Shown here piece by piece: positions 12,801-24,517 of a stretch of DNA of 64,000 nt. The stretch's first letter is position 1; every line of letters starts with the position of its first letter. Position numbers and translations under genes: made by a program. The stretch comes from Macrostomum lignano (taxonomy: Eukaryota): NCBI GenBank assembly GCA_002269645.1, contig NIVC01000958.1, forward strand, positions 278,067-342,066, given 5' to 3'. Below the pieces are notes generated by a model. The model ran no database searches and was not told where the DNA came from. It saw nothing but the letters and a program-made list of their open reading frames with translations.

Positions 12801-14481
12801 AAGTAGGTCTACTTATAACTGGACTGTCGAAACTCATACGTATGCCACGCTGTTCTCCAGAAGTTTTCGTTCCTGTTGAGCTTGTTCCTGTTCCTTGTTT
12901 AGTTTGTATAAGGCGCTCACAAAGTACAACCCGCTGTTAAATATAGAGAGGCTACTCATAAAATCTTGAATCACCAACTTCTTATACGCATCTTTACTGC
13001 GAAATTTGATGTCAATGCCTTCCGGCTTCTTTCACATGAATTACCCGACTGTTACCTGGTCAGCGAATCCTGTTTGCCAGACAGGATAACAAACAAGATA
13101 ACAAACAGGATAACACGATGTTTCCCTGCAGGATTCGCACGAATTATCCGGCTGTTACCTGGTCAGCGAATCCTGTTTGCCAGACAGGATAACAAACAAG
13201 ATAACAAACAGGATAACACGATGTTTCCCTGCAGGATTCGCATGAATTACCCGACTGTTACCTGGTCAGCGAATCCTGTTTGTCAGACAGGATAACAAAC
13301 AAGATAACAAACAGGATAACACGATGTTTCCCTGCAGGATTCGCACGAATTATCCGGCTGTTACCTGGTCAGCGAATCCTGTTTGCCAGACAGGATAACA
13401 AACAAGATAACAAACAGGATAACACGATGTTTCCCTGCAGGATTCGCATGAATTATCCGGCTGTTACCTGGTCAGCGAATCCTGTTTGCCAGACAGGATA
13501 ACAAACAAGATAACAAACAGGATAACACGATGTTTCCCTGCAGGATTCGCATGAATTACCCGACTGTTATCTGGTCAGCAAATCCTTTTTGAATCTTGTT
13601 TGAAACAAGGAAACGTAAGATTTCGTCACGCAAACAAGATTCATACAAGATAACATTTTGCATAACCGGAATAGGGCATGTTATCTTGTTTGAGCGAATG
13701 TTATCTTGTGGTGTTATCTGGTTTATTTACCAGAGGGCAGGATGCAGAGGAGAAAGTGTCTCTTCCTGCTGAGATCATCATTTCTGCGGAGGCGCCGCTC
13801 AATGATCTGATAAATTTTGTGTACCCATCGTTTGAGGCGTCAGTGGAGAGGGACGGCTACTTTGCAAGCCGAGCGATCCTGGCGCCGTACAATGACTCAG
13901 TGGATGCCATCAACGAGACGTGCCTGGGCATGTTTCCCGGCAGCCTGCGGGAGTACCGCTCAATAGACAGTGTGGCCGATGAGGATGCCGCTACGCACTT
14001 CCCGCCTGAGTTGCTCAACCAGCTGGATGCCCCGAACTTTCCGATTCACTTGCTGAGGCTAAAAGTGGGTATGCCAGTAGTTCTTCTCAGGAACATCAAC
14101 CCGCCACGATTGTGCAATGGTACGCGGCTCATCATACTCGCAATGGGCGAGAACGTGCTTAGATGCAAGATTGCCGCCGGCCAGTTCACGGGAGACGAGA
14201 TTCTTCTGCCGCGAATCCCGCTGATTCCTAGCAATGCGGACCTCCCCGTCAGTTTTAAGCGGCTGCAGTTCCCTGTGAAGCCGAGTTTCTGCCTGACGAT
14301 CCACAAGTCGCAGGGACAGTCTCTGGACACAGTTGGCATTGACCTGTCAGTCGGTTGCTTCACGCATGGCCAGCTGTACACGGCGCTGTCACGAGCAAAG
14401 AACGCGGCAAATGTTCGCGTCCGGATTCCGGGAACAAGGACCAGAAACGTTGTGTTTCCAGAAGTTCTCACTGAAGAGTAA
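3868..14481 (+). CDS. Helitron RepHel protein (STPR-like repeats, OTU protease, Zn finger, HUH Rep, Pif1-family helicase). Exons 3868-4346, 4633-5163, 5312-5896, 5998-6767, 6872-7214, 7302-7599, 7722-8743, 8839-9235, 9391-9413 joined to 13740-14481 once the nested element is removed
   Basis: Exon phases match at every junction and total 5190 nt (1729 aa + stop). Motifs: PGDGNCFFYAV and HEHY (OTU), CDQCGA..E..FCCAKGKV, PDLFVTATCNPKW, EYQKRG/LPHVHFL, KYVIKYLLKG, APAGTGKT, WDEISM, GDFRQLLPV, TIHKSQGQS, HGQLYTALSR. Intron 5 has a GG donor and the last exon is interrupted, so this copy may be disabled. Confidence 0.93.
9525..10090 (+). repeat. ~114-bp tandem subterminal repeat (left arm of nested transposon)
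   Basis: Period 114 (ATCTTGCTTA at 9601 and 9715); three near-identical copies then degenerate ones; rich in CAGATAAC/GTTATCTG. Confidence 0.9.
10615..11120 (+). repeat. 57-58-bp tandem repeat inside nested transposon
   Basis: About 9 copies of GCTTCTGTTG[TGG/GGA]CTCAAGGCAGCT..GCTGACCTGCGATGGATAATCAATCCTC. Confidence 0.95.
13039..13585 (+). repeat. 103-bp tandem subterminal repeat (right arm of nested transposon)
   Basis: CCTGGTCAGC at 13158, 13261, 13364; about 5 copies; rich in CAGGATAAC. Confidence 0.93.
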
Positions 14482-15614
14482 TTTATTTATCGCAAAAAAT
14501 GAGGGGTGAGCAATAATTTTCCTTATGCAAAAGGCTAGAAATTATATTCATTTATTTTTAAGGAAAAATAGAATAATTATTTCCCCATATCTCTTAAGTA
14601 ATAGCTCTCATTCTCTAAAGCAATAGCTGTCAATAGCTCTCATTCCTAAAAGAATCGCAGGAAACTTATTGCCCCAACCTCATTTCTAACGAAGCGTAGA
14701 TATTGCATGGCAGTGAGTACGAGCTAATAGCTGATGAACTTTATGTTGAAGCTCAATTAGGCTTATTTTATTCATTGTATTAATTTTTACAGTCAATTTG
14801 CACTTTACAGTTAATTTGTATTTTAAGGCAATTTCATATTAGCCGAAAGTAACTTTTGAAACAAACCTTCTTTTGCACTGCTTTTAATGAATTCAATCTT
14901 TGATGAGCAGTTAATTTTGTCTTTTATTTTTCACCTGAAATTTCATTATAATTCGTGTAAAAACTTTACTTATTTTATATCGCAAATTTATGCAAAAGAC
15001 GAAACAATTTTGTTTTTAGTTTTCCAAGGTTCGCAAAAACTTAACATCAGAGTGAATTTTAGTATATGGATTTTTACGCAAACTACGAGTGACAGTCTTT
15101 TTTTCAAAAATCAAAAATATCTCAAGTCACCTGTAACTGTAAGCTTATAAAAAACGATTTGCATCAACTTGCGACGTGGCCTTCGTCTTCCATATATTGA
15201 AAGTTGAATAATATACGAAACTCACAAGATGTCAATTTTAACTAAGGCGAAGGCCCTGAATGAAGCTTTTGTCTTACTTCATTTCTTAATCTTTGGCGAA
15301 ACAAATATGAATAGTCTGTGGCAAAGCGCAAAGGCTAAGGAAATAGAGCCGAACTGATTGTTTTGACTATGGATTTGAGGGCAGGAATGAGCGAATCCGA
15401 GGGCTGCGACTATAGACTAACGTAGAGTATTAAAGGAACTCATCTGGTCACATGCAGCCATTGCACACGCTATGTATACGTGACATATCGGTTGTACTTT
15501 TAATGCATTGTTCATAAGTTTCACTTTGTACTTTTCAAGTTTATTCGCGAAAAAATACAAAAAATTCTTGCGTTACAAACGTCAAAAACGTTTAACAAAA
15601 CGTTTAACAAACGT

Positions 15615-16385
15615 TAAAAATTAAAGAGCCACCATGTCTAACATTAAAGAGCCACCATGTCAAACATCAAAGAGCCACCATGCCAAACATTAAAGAGCCA
15701 CCATGTCAAACATAATAGGACCAACATGTCAAACATTAAAGAGCCACAATGTCAAGCATAAAAGGACCACCATATCGAACATTAAAGAGCCACCATGTCA
15801 AAAATAAAAAAGCCACCATGTAGAACATTAAAGAGCCATTATGTCAAACATAAAAGAGCCACCATGTCAAACATTAAAGAGCCACCATGTCAAACATAAA
15901 AGGACCAACATGTCAAACATTTAAGAGCCACCATGTGAAGCATAAAAGGACCACCATGTGTCGAGCATTAAAGAGCCACCATGTCTAACATTAAAGAGCC
16001 ACCATGTCTAACATTAAAGAGCCACCATGTCTAACATTAAAGAGCCACCATGTCTAACATTAAAGAGCCACCATGTCTAACATTAAAGAGCCATCATTAC
16101 ATTGAGGTGCCACCAGGTCAAACATTAAAGAGCCACCATGTCAATCATAAAAGAGCCACCATGTCCAACATATATGTGACTCCATGTCAAACATTAAATA
16201 GCCACCATGTCTAACATTAAAGAGCCACCATGTCGAACATTAAAGAGCCACCATGTCAAACATTAAAGAGCCACCATGTCGAACATTAAAGAGCCATCAT
16301 GTCAAACACTAAAGAGCCACTATGTCAAACATAAAAGAGCCACCATGTCAAACATAAAAGAGCCACCATGTCAAACATAAAAGAT
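15615..16385 (+). repeat. 23-bp minisatellite in Helitron B 3' region
   Basis: Same unit as 120-2085. Confidence 0.96.
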
Positions 16386-16489
16386 ACACAATTTCAAACG
16401 TAAAAGTAAGCGTCATGCCAATTTTAAAGGAGCCACTATAGAGCTAAGGAAATTGCAGCACTAGCTACTTATTGTCTGGTGGATGCTTA

Positions 16490-16750
16490 CTATTTGGGGA
16501 TGCTTGCTATCTGGGGGATGCTTGCAATCTGGGGGATGCTTGCTATCTGGGGGATGCTTGCTATCTGGGGGATGCTTGCTATCTGGGGGATGCTTGCTAT
16601 CTGGTGGATGCTTGCAATCTGGGGGATGCTTGCTATCTGGGGATGCTTGCTATCTGGGGGATGCTTGCTATCTGGGGGATGCTTGCTATCTGGGGGATGC
16701 TTGCTATCTGGGGGATGCTTGCAATCTGGGGGATGCTTGCTGTCTTGGGA
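16490..16750 (+). repeat. 18-bp minisatellite (TGCTTGCTATCTGGGGGA) in Helitron B 3' region
   Basis: Period 18 visible. Confidence 0.95.
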
Positions 16751-17289
16751 TGATTTCTTTTTGCATTACACTTTATTTGAGCAGTTTGTCTGTTGTCTTT
16801 GTGAAGGCTTTATTTGGCTGTCTTTTTGTTACTTGTAGAGAACAGAGATTCTATACAGATGTCCCCCAACGGGGGGCGAAGATTGCTAGTCTAGATAACT
16901 AACTGGAAGCGAAGGCTTTTTTGGGGGGCGGACACAACCGGGCCGAGTGGGAGCCTGCATGTTTTCTGGCTGCCTTATTCAACACAAATGTTTTCACTAA
17001 TAATTGGCTGCTGTTATTAAGAGTAATATTTAATTCTTTAAGTTTATTTTTTTAATTAACAAGTCAGTGCTTATTAAGAATCTCTAAAGGTATTTGTGAC
17101 ATATCTTAACAAAACTAATATTTTTGCAAAGCCGCAAAGTAAACACATAGGATCAGTAAAAAATCATAGTATGAACATAAATTAGCTGCTTAATCTAATC
17201 TATGAAGAAGATGCATCGCGGTACCATCGCCACTGCATCGCGGTACTTTCCGGCGATCGATTTCACCTGATGCATCGCGGTCAAACTCG

Positions 17290-17990
17290 ACGATTTCGTC
17301 GAGTCTCTTCCTGCCGACCGTCGAACGCGCCCAGCGCCAGCTGGACCAGCTTGTGAGCGTTGCTGCGAGCGTCGGCCTGGGGGTCAACACGCAGAAGACC
17401 GTCGTGCTTCGAATACCGAGACGCTGACAGGCAGGTGTCGAAGCTTCCGCACTGTCAGCAGTTCGTCTGCCTCGGCGGTCTGCAGACCATGGTGCTTGAT
17501 GTTCCAGAGGACCTAGCACGTCGCCGTGGACTTGCTTGGGTTGCCTTCCGTTTCGTGAGGGCTGTCCTGCAGTCCGAGGCCCTGCCTGACCGCCAGAGGG
17601 CGGCGTTGTTCAAGGCGGTGATCGAGACCGTCCTGTTGTACAACACCGAGACCTGGACACTGACGGATTCGCTCGAACAGCAGGTCAATGCGGCGCACGC
17701 TGGCCTGTCTTTAAGATCGGCTGCGAGCACGTCACCAATGCGGGCTCTATCGCCGCACTGGCCTGTCCCTTCCCAGCAAACTTTTGCGCCGTCCACGACT
17801 CCAGCTGGCAGGCCACATCATCCGAGCCGAGTCCTAAAGTCCACAGCCGGTGCAGGAAGTGCTGCTGCTGTCGCTGCAGGCACCCTACCGGCGGGGACAG
17901 GCGCGCAGTCTGTGTTTCGTCGACTTCTTGCCGGCTAATGCCGGCGCCCCGGACTCTGCCGGCGGTGCGGCCGGCGGTTCGCGCCCAGGC
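17290..17990 (+). mobile_element. 5'-truncated, frameshifted non-LTR retrotransposon (RTE-like) RT C-terminal fragment
   Basis: Translations ERAQRQLDQLVSVAASVGLGVNTQKTVVL and EDLARRRGLAWVAF...LFKAVIETVLLYNTETWTLTDSLEQQV resemble the RT GLxxNxxKT motif and downstream RTE region. Confidence 0.8.
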
Positions 17991-18130
17991 CCTGAAACGT
18001 GTGACGTTGTCCTTGTCTCTCATGACCATGACTCGCTGGAATGGCTGACAGCGCATTTTGTTGTTGTATGGAGGGCACACCGGCACACCATCATTCCTTA
18101 TTCAGAGTGTCGCTGTTTCTCCTGCGCTCA

Positions 18131-18379
18131 CTAAGAATCTTGTGACGTTGTGTGAAAATCGGTGGCAATAAAGTGCAACAGTTGAGATTCTGTCCTGGGT
18201 TGGTAGTTTACCCTTCGAATTCGTTGCGACCATTCTTCAAATAGTTGAAAATCATGCAAAGGAAACACATGAGAAAATATTTTGCTTTCTGCTCCTGAAG
18301 ATTGAACCGCTGGATTTTTATTTGTAGTTGCATATCCAGATCCAGACCTGTAGTTGTAAGCTGCGCATTTATAAACCAT
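18131..18379 (-). pseudogene. Degenerate THAP zinc-finger ORF
   Basis: MVYKCAAYNY...HVFP...EEW...IRR..YQP...SQLLHF...DF follows the THAP pattern, but the second and third Cys are lost. Confidence 0.65.
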
Positions 18380-19399
18380 TCTTTTTCTCTGACTATAGTC
18401 TCTGATATAGCATGTATCATATCGAATCTTTATAAATTTTTCATTTAGGGTGAAGTGGAGAAGGCATCCTCAAAAGCATGCGAGCAAATGTACACCCAAT
18501 GTGCATGCGTTCAGCTTTCAAGTGGGGGGGCCTGTTACCCCGTGTGCATCACAGACAAAAAAACAGCACTGATTTACCGGGGATCTTCCTTCCCCTCCGA
18601 AGGGTTTTTCTCCTGTCTAGGACAAAAAACTTCCAAGCCTTGTGAAGAGCCTGCCCACCTCAAACCTCGCTTAGTCAGTGGGACTGAGATAGGGAAAGGC
18701 AGGCCGTTTAAACAAGCTAAAATGACTCGGCCCGGTTGTGTCCGCTTTCGACCCACGAAAAAGTGAGCCTTCTCTTCCAGTTAGTTATCTAGAATTCTAT
18801 GGGTGGTTGAATTATAGGAGTGCAGGTGTATGCGTGCGCACAGTTGCCGCCCTGTACCATACTATTGTACGTAGCATGCGAGGAAAGAGAAGCAGAGGAC
18901 GCACGCTCGATCTGTATCGTGCATGCGCTTTCAGACCAAGCATGCACTGTTCATTATATGCCGCATAATGTCAGTGCTGTGCAAAAAGGGGACTTTAGTT
19001 TACCGAGAACTTGGAGTTCTTTATTTTTTGTTCTTTCTAAAGGTAGTGAAATAAAAAAATTACATGCATAAAGATCCCACAAATAGTTCGTAAATAATAA
19101 TAGCCTGCCGTTCAGCTCAAAGCAGTCAACTGCAGGGAATAAAATAAAAATTACAAGCATGTGACATTGGCTCTGGCGGATGTCCTTATTGTCGAAGTTA
19201 AGAGACTAAAATTTTCTTTATGGGTTCTATCGGGATTCACAAGGTTTTTCAAAATGTATTTATGATTTCTTCTTTTAGTTTACTTCAACAACGAGCAGTG
19301 CGAGCTAAAAGTACTGTGGTGCAGAAACAGCTTGAGTATTAGTTTCATAGCTCTCATTTAGTCTTTTTTGGTGGAAAACTTTAGCTAGAACTTTAGGAT

Positions 19400-19890
19400 A
19401 TGTTCCACATTATCTCGATTCTGCATTCCCCAGATTTTAGCTCGTACATTCCCCCAGATTTTACGTTCCCGCAGCTTTCACATTCCTAAGAGTTGCATTT
19501 CCCAGATTTCACATTTCCCAGATTTCACATTTCCCAGATTTCACTTTCCCCAACTTTTACATTCCACGAATTTTGCACCCCCCAGATTTCACATTCCCTA
19601 GATTTTGCTTTTCTCCATATTTCACATTCCTAAGATTTGCATTTCCCAGATTTCACATTCCCCAACTTTTACATTCCCCCAATTCTACATTTCCCAGATT
19701 TCACTTTCCCCAAATTTTACATTCCACGAATTTTGCACCCCCAGCTTTCACATTCCCCAGATTTTGCTCTTCTCCATGTTTCACATTCCCAGATTTTGCA
19801 TTCCTTCATATTTTACATTCCTAAGATTTCAAATTCCTAAGATTTTACATTCCACAGATCTTAGATTCCCCAAATTATACATTCCCAGAT
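19400..19890 (+). repeat. Degenerate ~16-bp minisatellite (TTTCACATTCCCCAGA)
   Basis: Related to 27660-28800; upstream flanks (18830-18960 vs 27385-27530) are also similar. Confidence 0.9.
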
Positions 19891-20121
19891 TTCCCGGCGT
19901 CGCAAGTAAACAACAAGGATACGCTGTCAGAGTCCTTTGACGGTAGCGGCACAAGTCGCAAAGGAAGGCCACGTCGCCGACCGAATCCGGGTCGCCAACG
20001 TCAGCCAGCAGGCTGGAGACAAGGCGCGAACCCGCGATACGTGGCCTGCCTGCTTGTGCCAGCTGGACGCCGCCCTCACTCCATGTACGCAGGCCAAACC
20101 CAGAGCTATTTTTAGCAACAC

Positions 20122-20426
20122 ATAATAATAATTGTATAATAATTGATTACACCTGCCCAATGGGCAGATGTGCAACCGACAGCTCAGCCGCAGCTATTGC
20201 GCGGCGCATCTGAAGGCTGCGTACGGCTGTTCAGTCCAAGGACTGGGGGGTCGCCACACACACCCTCAATTACCCCAGCTAATGCTGGTACCCATTTTAC
20301 AGCTGGGTAAACTGAAGCAACGCAGAGTTAAGTGTCTTGCTCAAGGACACAAATTGTTGCAGAGGGATCGGGAATCGAACCCCCGACCTTCAAGTCGTGA
20401 GTCCGACGCCCTAACCACTAGGCTAC
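20122..20426 (-). mobile_element. tRNA-derived CORE-like SINE, copy 1
   Basis: Minus-strand head GTAGCCTAGTGG...GGTTCGATTCC (A and B boxes); body GTGTCCTTGAGCAAGACACTTAAC...CAGTTTACCCAGCTGTAAAATGGG; (ATT)n-like tail. Confidence 0.88.
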
Positions 20427-20867
20427 AACCCCCTCGACGCCCTGCATGCAACACATGCATGTGTGTGACAGTGTGATTCGTAGAAGCGTGTATCGTATTT
20501 CTTTATTTTCATATGCACACCGTACTACTACTGTATTCTTTCATTTATTTTAACAATATTCGTACGTATTATTACCGCGCTATTTTTACTGTTAATTGCT
20601 TTGTTTTTGTAGCCTCGTATGTATTTATTCTATTATTTGTATTTCATTCATATTGTTATTATTTCTCGTAAAGTAGTTCTACCTATGTACATGTACTGAC
20701 GTATGTTATTCTTGCCTGATATATTTATCGATTAATTTGTACATGTACATTGCGCGCCGCCTGGGGGGTTTGTCTGTGTTTTGGATTGGGGGTTCGTTAT
20801 CTGTTGTTTGTTATCTGTTTACCTTACCAATTAAATATTCAGCTCAGCCGCCGCTCTCTCCGCTCGC

Positions 20868-23046
20868 TGGCGCCCCTTGGTGCTGGCGCCCCTTGGTGCT
20901 GGCGCCCCTTGTTGCTAAAGCCCCTTGGTGCTGGCGCCCCTTGGTGCTAAAGCCCCTTGGTGCTAAAGCCCCTTGGTGCTAAAGCCCCTTGGTGCTAAAG
21001 CCCCTTGGTGCTAAAGCCCCTTGGTGCTAAAGCCCCTTGGTGCTAAAGCCCCTTGGTGCTAAAGCCCCTTGGTGCTAAAGCCTCTTGGTGCTAAAGCCCC
21101 TTGGTGCTAAAGCCCCTTGGTGCTAAAGCCCCTTGGTGCTAAAGCCCCTTGGTGCTAAAGCCCCTTGGTGCTAAAGCCCCTTGGTGCTAAAGCCCCTTGG
21201 TGCTAAAGCCCCTTGGTGCTAAAGCCCCTTGGTGCTGGCGCCCTTGGTGCTGGCGCCCCTTGGTGCTGGCGCCCCTTGGTGCTGGCGCCCTTGGTGCTGG
21301 CGCCCCTTGGTGCTGGCGCCCCTTGGTGCTGGCGCCCCTTGGTGCTGGCGCCCCTTGGTGCTGGCGCCCCTTGGTGCTGGCGCCCCTTGGTGCTGGCGCC
21401 CCTTGGTGCTGGCGCCCCTTGGTGCTAAAGCCCCTTGGTGCTAAAGCCCCTTGGTGCTAAAGCCCCTTGGTGCTAAAGCCCCTTGGTGCTAAAGCCCCTT
21501 GGTGCTAAAGCCCCTTGGTGCTAAAGCCCCTTGGTGCTAAAGCCCCTTGGTGCTAAAGCCCCTTGGTGCTAAAGCCCCTTGGTGCTAAAGCCCCTTGGTG
21601 CTAAAGCCCCTTGGTGCTAAAGCCCCTTGGTGCTAAAGCCCCTTGGTGCTAAAGCCCCTTGGTGCTAAAGCCCCTTGGTGCTAAAGCCCCTTGGTGCTAA
21701 AGCCCCTTGGTGCTAAAGCCCCTTGGTGCTAAAGCCCCTTGGTGCTAAAGCCCCTTGGTGCTAAAGCCCCTTGGTGCTAAAGCCCCTTGGTGCTAAAGCC
21801 CCTTGGTGCTAAAGCCCCTTGGTGCTAAAGCCCCTTGGTGCTAAAGCCCCTTGGTGCTAAAGCCCCTTGGTGCTAAAGCCCCTTGGTGCTAAAGCCCCTT
21901 GGTGCTAAAGCCCCTTGGTGCTAAAGCCCCTTGGTGCTAAAGCCCCTTGGTGCTAAAGCCCCTTGGTGCTAAAGCCCCTTGGTGCTAAAGCCCCTTGGTG
22001 CTAAAGCCCCTTGGTGCTAAAGCCCCTTGGTGCTAAAGCCCCTTGGTGCTAAAGCCCCTTGGTGCTAAAGCCCCTTGGTGCTAAAGCCCCTTGGTGCTAA
22101 AGCCCCTTGGTGCTAAAGCCCCTTGGTGCTAAAGCCCCTTGGTGCTAAAGCCCCTTGGTGCTAAAGCCCCTTGGTGCTAAAGCCCCTTGGTGCTAAAGCC
22201 CCTTGGTGCTAAAGCCCCTTGGTGCTAAAGCCCCTTGGTGCTAAAGCCCCTTGGTGCTAAAGCCCCTTGGTGCTAAAGCCCCTTGGTGCTAAAGCCCCTT
22301 GGTGCTAAAGCCCCTTGGTGCTAAAGCCCCTTGGTGCTAAAGCCCCTTGGTGCTAAAGCCCCTTGGTGCTAAAGCCCCTTGGTGCTAAAGCCCCTTGGTG
22401 CTAAAGCCCCTTGGTGCTAAAGCCCCTTGGTGCTAAAGCCCCTTGGTGCTAAAGCCCCTTGGTGCTAAAGCCCCTTGGTGCTAAAGCCCCTTGGTGCTAA
22501 AGCCCCTTGGTGCTAAAGCCCCTTGGTGCTAAAGCCCCTTGGTGCTAAAGCCCCTTGGTGCTAAAGCCCCTTGGTGCTAAAGCCCCTTGGTGCTAAAGCC
22601 CCTTGGTGCTAAAGCCCCTTGGTGCTAAAGCCCCTTGGTGCTAAAGCCCCTTGGTGCTAAAGCCCCTTGGTGCTAAAGCCCCTTGGTGCTAAAGCCCCTT
22701 GGTGCTAAAGCCCCTTGGTGCTAAAGCCCCTTGGTGCTAAAGCCCCTTGGTGCTAAAGCCCCTTGGTGCTAAAGCCCCTTGGTGCTAAAGCCCCTTGGTG
22801 CTAAAGCCCCTTGGTGCTAAAGCCCCTTGGTGCTAAAGCCCCTTGGTGCTAAAGCCCCTTGGTGCTAAAGCCCCTTGGTGCTAAAGCCCCTTGGTGCTAA
22901 AGCCCCTTGGTGCTAAAGCCCCTTGGTGCTAAAGCCCCTTGGTGCTAAAGCCCCTTGGTGCTAAAGCCCCTTGGTGCTAAAGCCCCTTGGTGCTAAAGCC
23001 CCTTGGTGCTAAAGCCCCTTGGTGCTAAAGCCCCTTGGTGCTAAAG
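20868..23046 (+). repeat. 16-bp minisatellite with two variants (CCCCTTGGTGCTAAAG / CCCCTTGGTGCTGGCG)
   Basis: About 2.2 kb, nearly homogeneous, variants arranged in blocks. Confidence 0.99.
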
Positions 23047-24517
23047 TCTTGCTTGCTTCTCTTGCTGCTGACGCTTCATGGTGCTAAGCCCGTTGATCCT
23101 GGCGCCTGTCATTGCAGTCGCCCCTGAAAGACACAGCCCAATAAAAACCATAGCTGCTAACTTTGATATGATGAACTCTAAACCAGGTCCGGGAATTCTA
23201 GGACTTAACGACAATAAAATATTTCCGTCGAATTCTGACTCCCACTGGGTAGAGCGACAGCTACATGCCACTTGTACAAAGAAGTGAAGCGCAAACATGA
23301 ACTACATCTAGATTTAATTCTCTGTTGTCTATAGGCTAAAAAAGGTTTTAAAAAGGTTAAAGTCACATCATTTTAATAATCCCGTACAGAAATCCGACAC
23401 ACGGGACGCCGCTGGCAAATGCAGGTGCTTTTACAATGCATCGACGTTTAGCCAACGTCGTTATTCGCCATTGCAATGCACCCATTTGTCGGATTCTATG
23501 GGAACCGCTCGTTGCGGGACGATGTCTACGAAAGTCCACAGCTTTCCTTAAATTACTATTATAAACTACCCTTAGAAGAATGCAATTAACCATAAACAAT
23601 AGGACAATTATTATGTTGTAAATGCACTCGGTTATGACATTCTGAATTAGTAAAATGAATATTCTTGAAAGCAGCTCTTTGACTACCATAATCACCGATA
23701 ACTGAGATATTAGATTGTACAATTCTTGAAGTACTGCATTTCTGCAAGATTATTCAAGTGACAGGTTAATCAGTTTTGTTTATTATAGGCTCGTAAAGTT
23801 ATACTTAAGGACTGTAGTACAGTGGTCCTCAGTTACACTTTCATTGCAATCATAAATTTTGCAAAATGTTGAGGATACAATGGCTACGAGTAGATTAGTG
23901 CGTAACACTAGGAAGCACAATGAATCCCAAAAATGAAATGTACAGAAAGTTTACACATAAAACAACCTTTGCAATGCCCGATAGTTGCAGCGAGTTCCTT
24001 ATTTCTACAGCAGAGTGATTATTCTGTAAAAGTAACAGCATAAAGGAACAGTATAGTGACCAGTATATAACAGCATATTTCTCACTCTCCTCGTAATTCC
24101 GATGAAAAGTTTTAAAACAGCGCACTTTTATTCTTAGTAAAGCCGCTTAGGAGGCAATTAAAAATTGCAGTTTTTAGTATGTGTTAACTATTGCAATAGT
24201 TACCAGTTAACAACAGCAGCAAATCCCGAAATACGATGTTTTTTGGGTCTCCTGTTTCTTGCGGGGTTACTGGTTAATTCACAGTTCTGTGCGTTGATCA
24301 GTTAAAGATGATGGGATGGGAAAAAATGCGAGCTGGAAGGCCTTCTAGCTGTTTTACGTTACGTGTACGCTGTAGCCTTGGTCAGGTTGCCATGGAAAGA
24401 TGATGGGTCACTCCGTCTACATTAGGGCACTCAGCTAAAGCGCAGCCAGACCGCCCCCGTTACACCAGAGGTTTTTGAGAGTCGGGTTGGCAGACACCCT
24501 CAAACCCTCCTCTTTTT

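Larger units (their letters stand above)
9414..13737. mobile_element. Non-autonomous TIR DNA transposon (EnSpm/CACTA-CMC-like) nested in the RepHel last exon
   Basis: Perfect 37-bp TIRs (CCCTCTGGTAAATAAACCAGATAACACCACAAGATAA, 9414-9450 and 13701-13737), CA duplicated at 9412-9413 and 13738-13739, subterminal repeat arrays. Removing it restores ...IEQDAEEK... in frame. Superfamily is inferred from CCC termini, 2-bp TSD and subterminal repeats. Confidence 0.88.
2587..16889 (+). mobile_element. Full-length autonomous-type Helitron (element B), ~10 kb without the nested insertion
   Basis: 5' end TCCTATATACTAAAA at 2587; 3' hairpin GTCCCCC-AAC-GGGGGGC (16861-16877) then CTAG (16886-16889) followed by T; RepHel gene inside. 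Confidence 0.9.
16890..18793. mobile_element. Defective TIR DNA transposon with THAP remnant, abutting the Helitron B 3' end
   Basis: TCTAGATAACTAACTGGAAGCGAAGGCT (16890-) is inverted at 18766-18793 with 1 mismatch; inner inverted segment GCGGACACAACCGGGCCGAGT matches 18725-18745. TSD is ambiguous (TA, CTAG or TCTAGA). Confidence 0.8.

Noticed and set aside
9525-13585. CRISPR-like appearance of the 58-, 103- and 114-bp arrays
   Set aside because: Units are contiguous with no unique spacers, no cas genes, eukaryotic context.
16890-16950. TCTAGATAACTAA as the 5' end of a third Helitron
   Set aside because: It is the left arm of an inverted repeat whose partner is at 18725-18793, so it is a TIR.
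20340-20426. tRNA genes at the SINE heads (also ~29750, ~33140, ~39070, ~44470)
   Set aside because: Each continues into the shared CORE-like body and tail; no complete acceptor stem.
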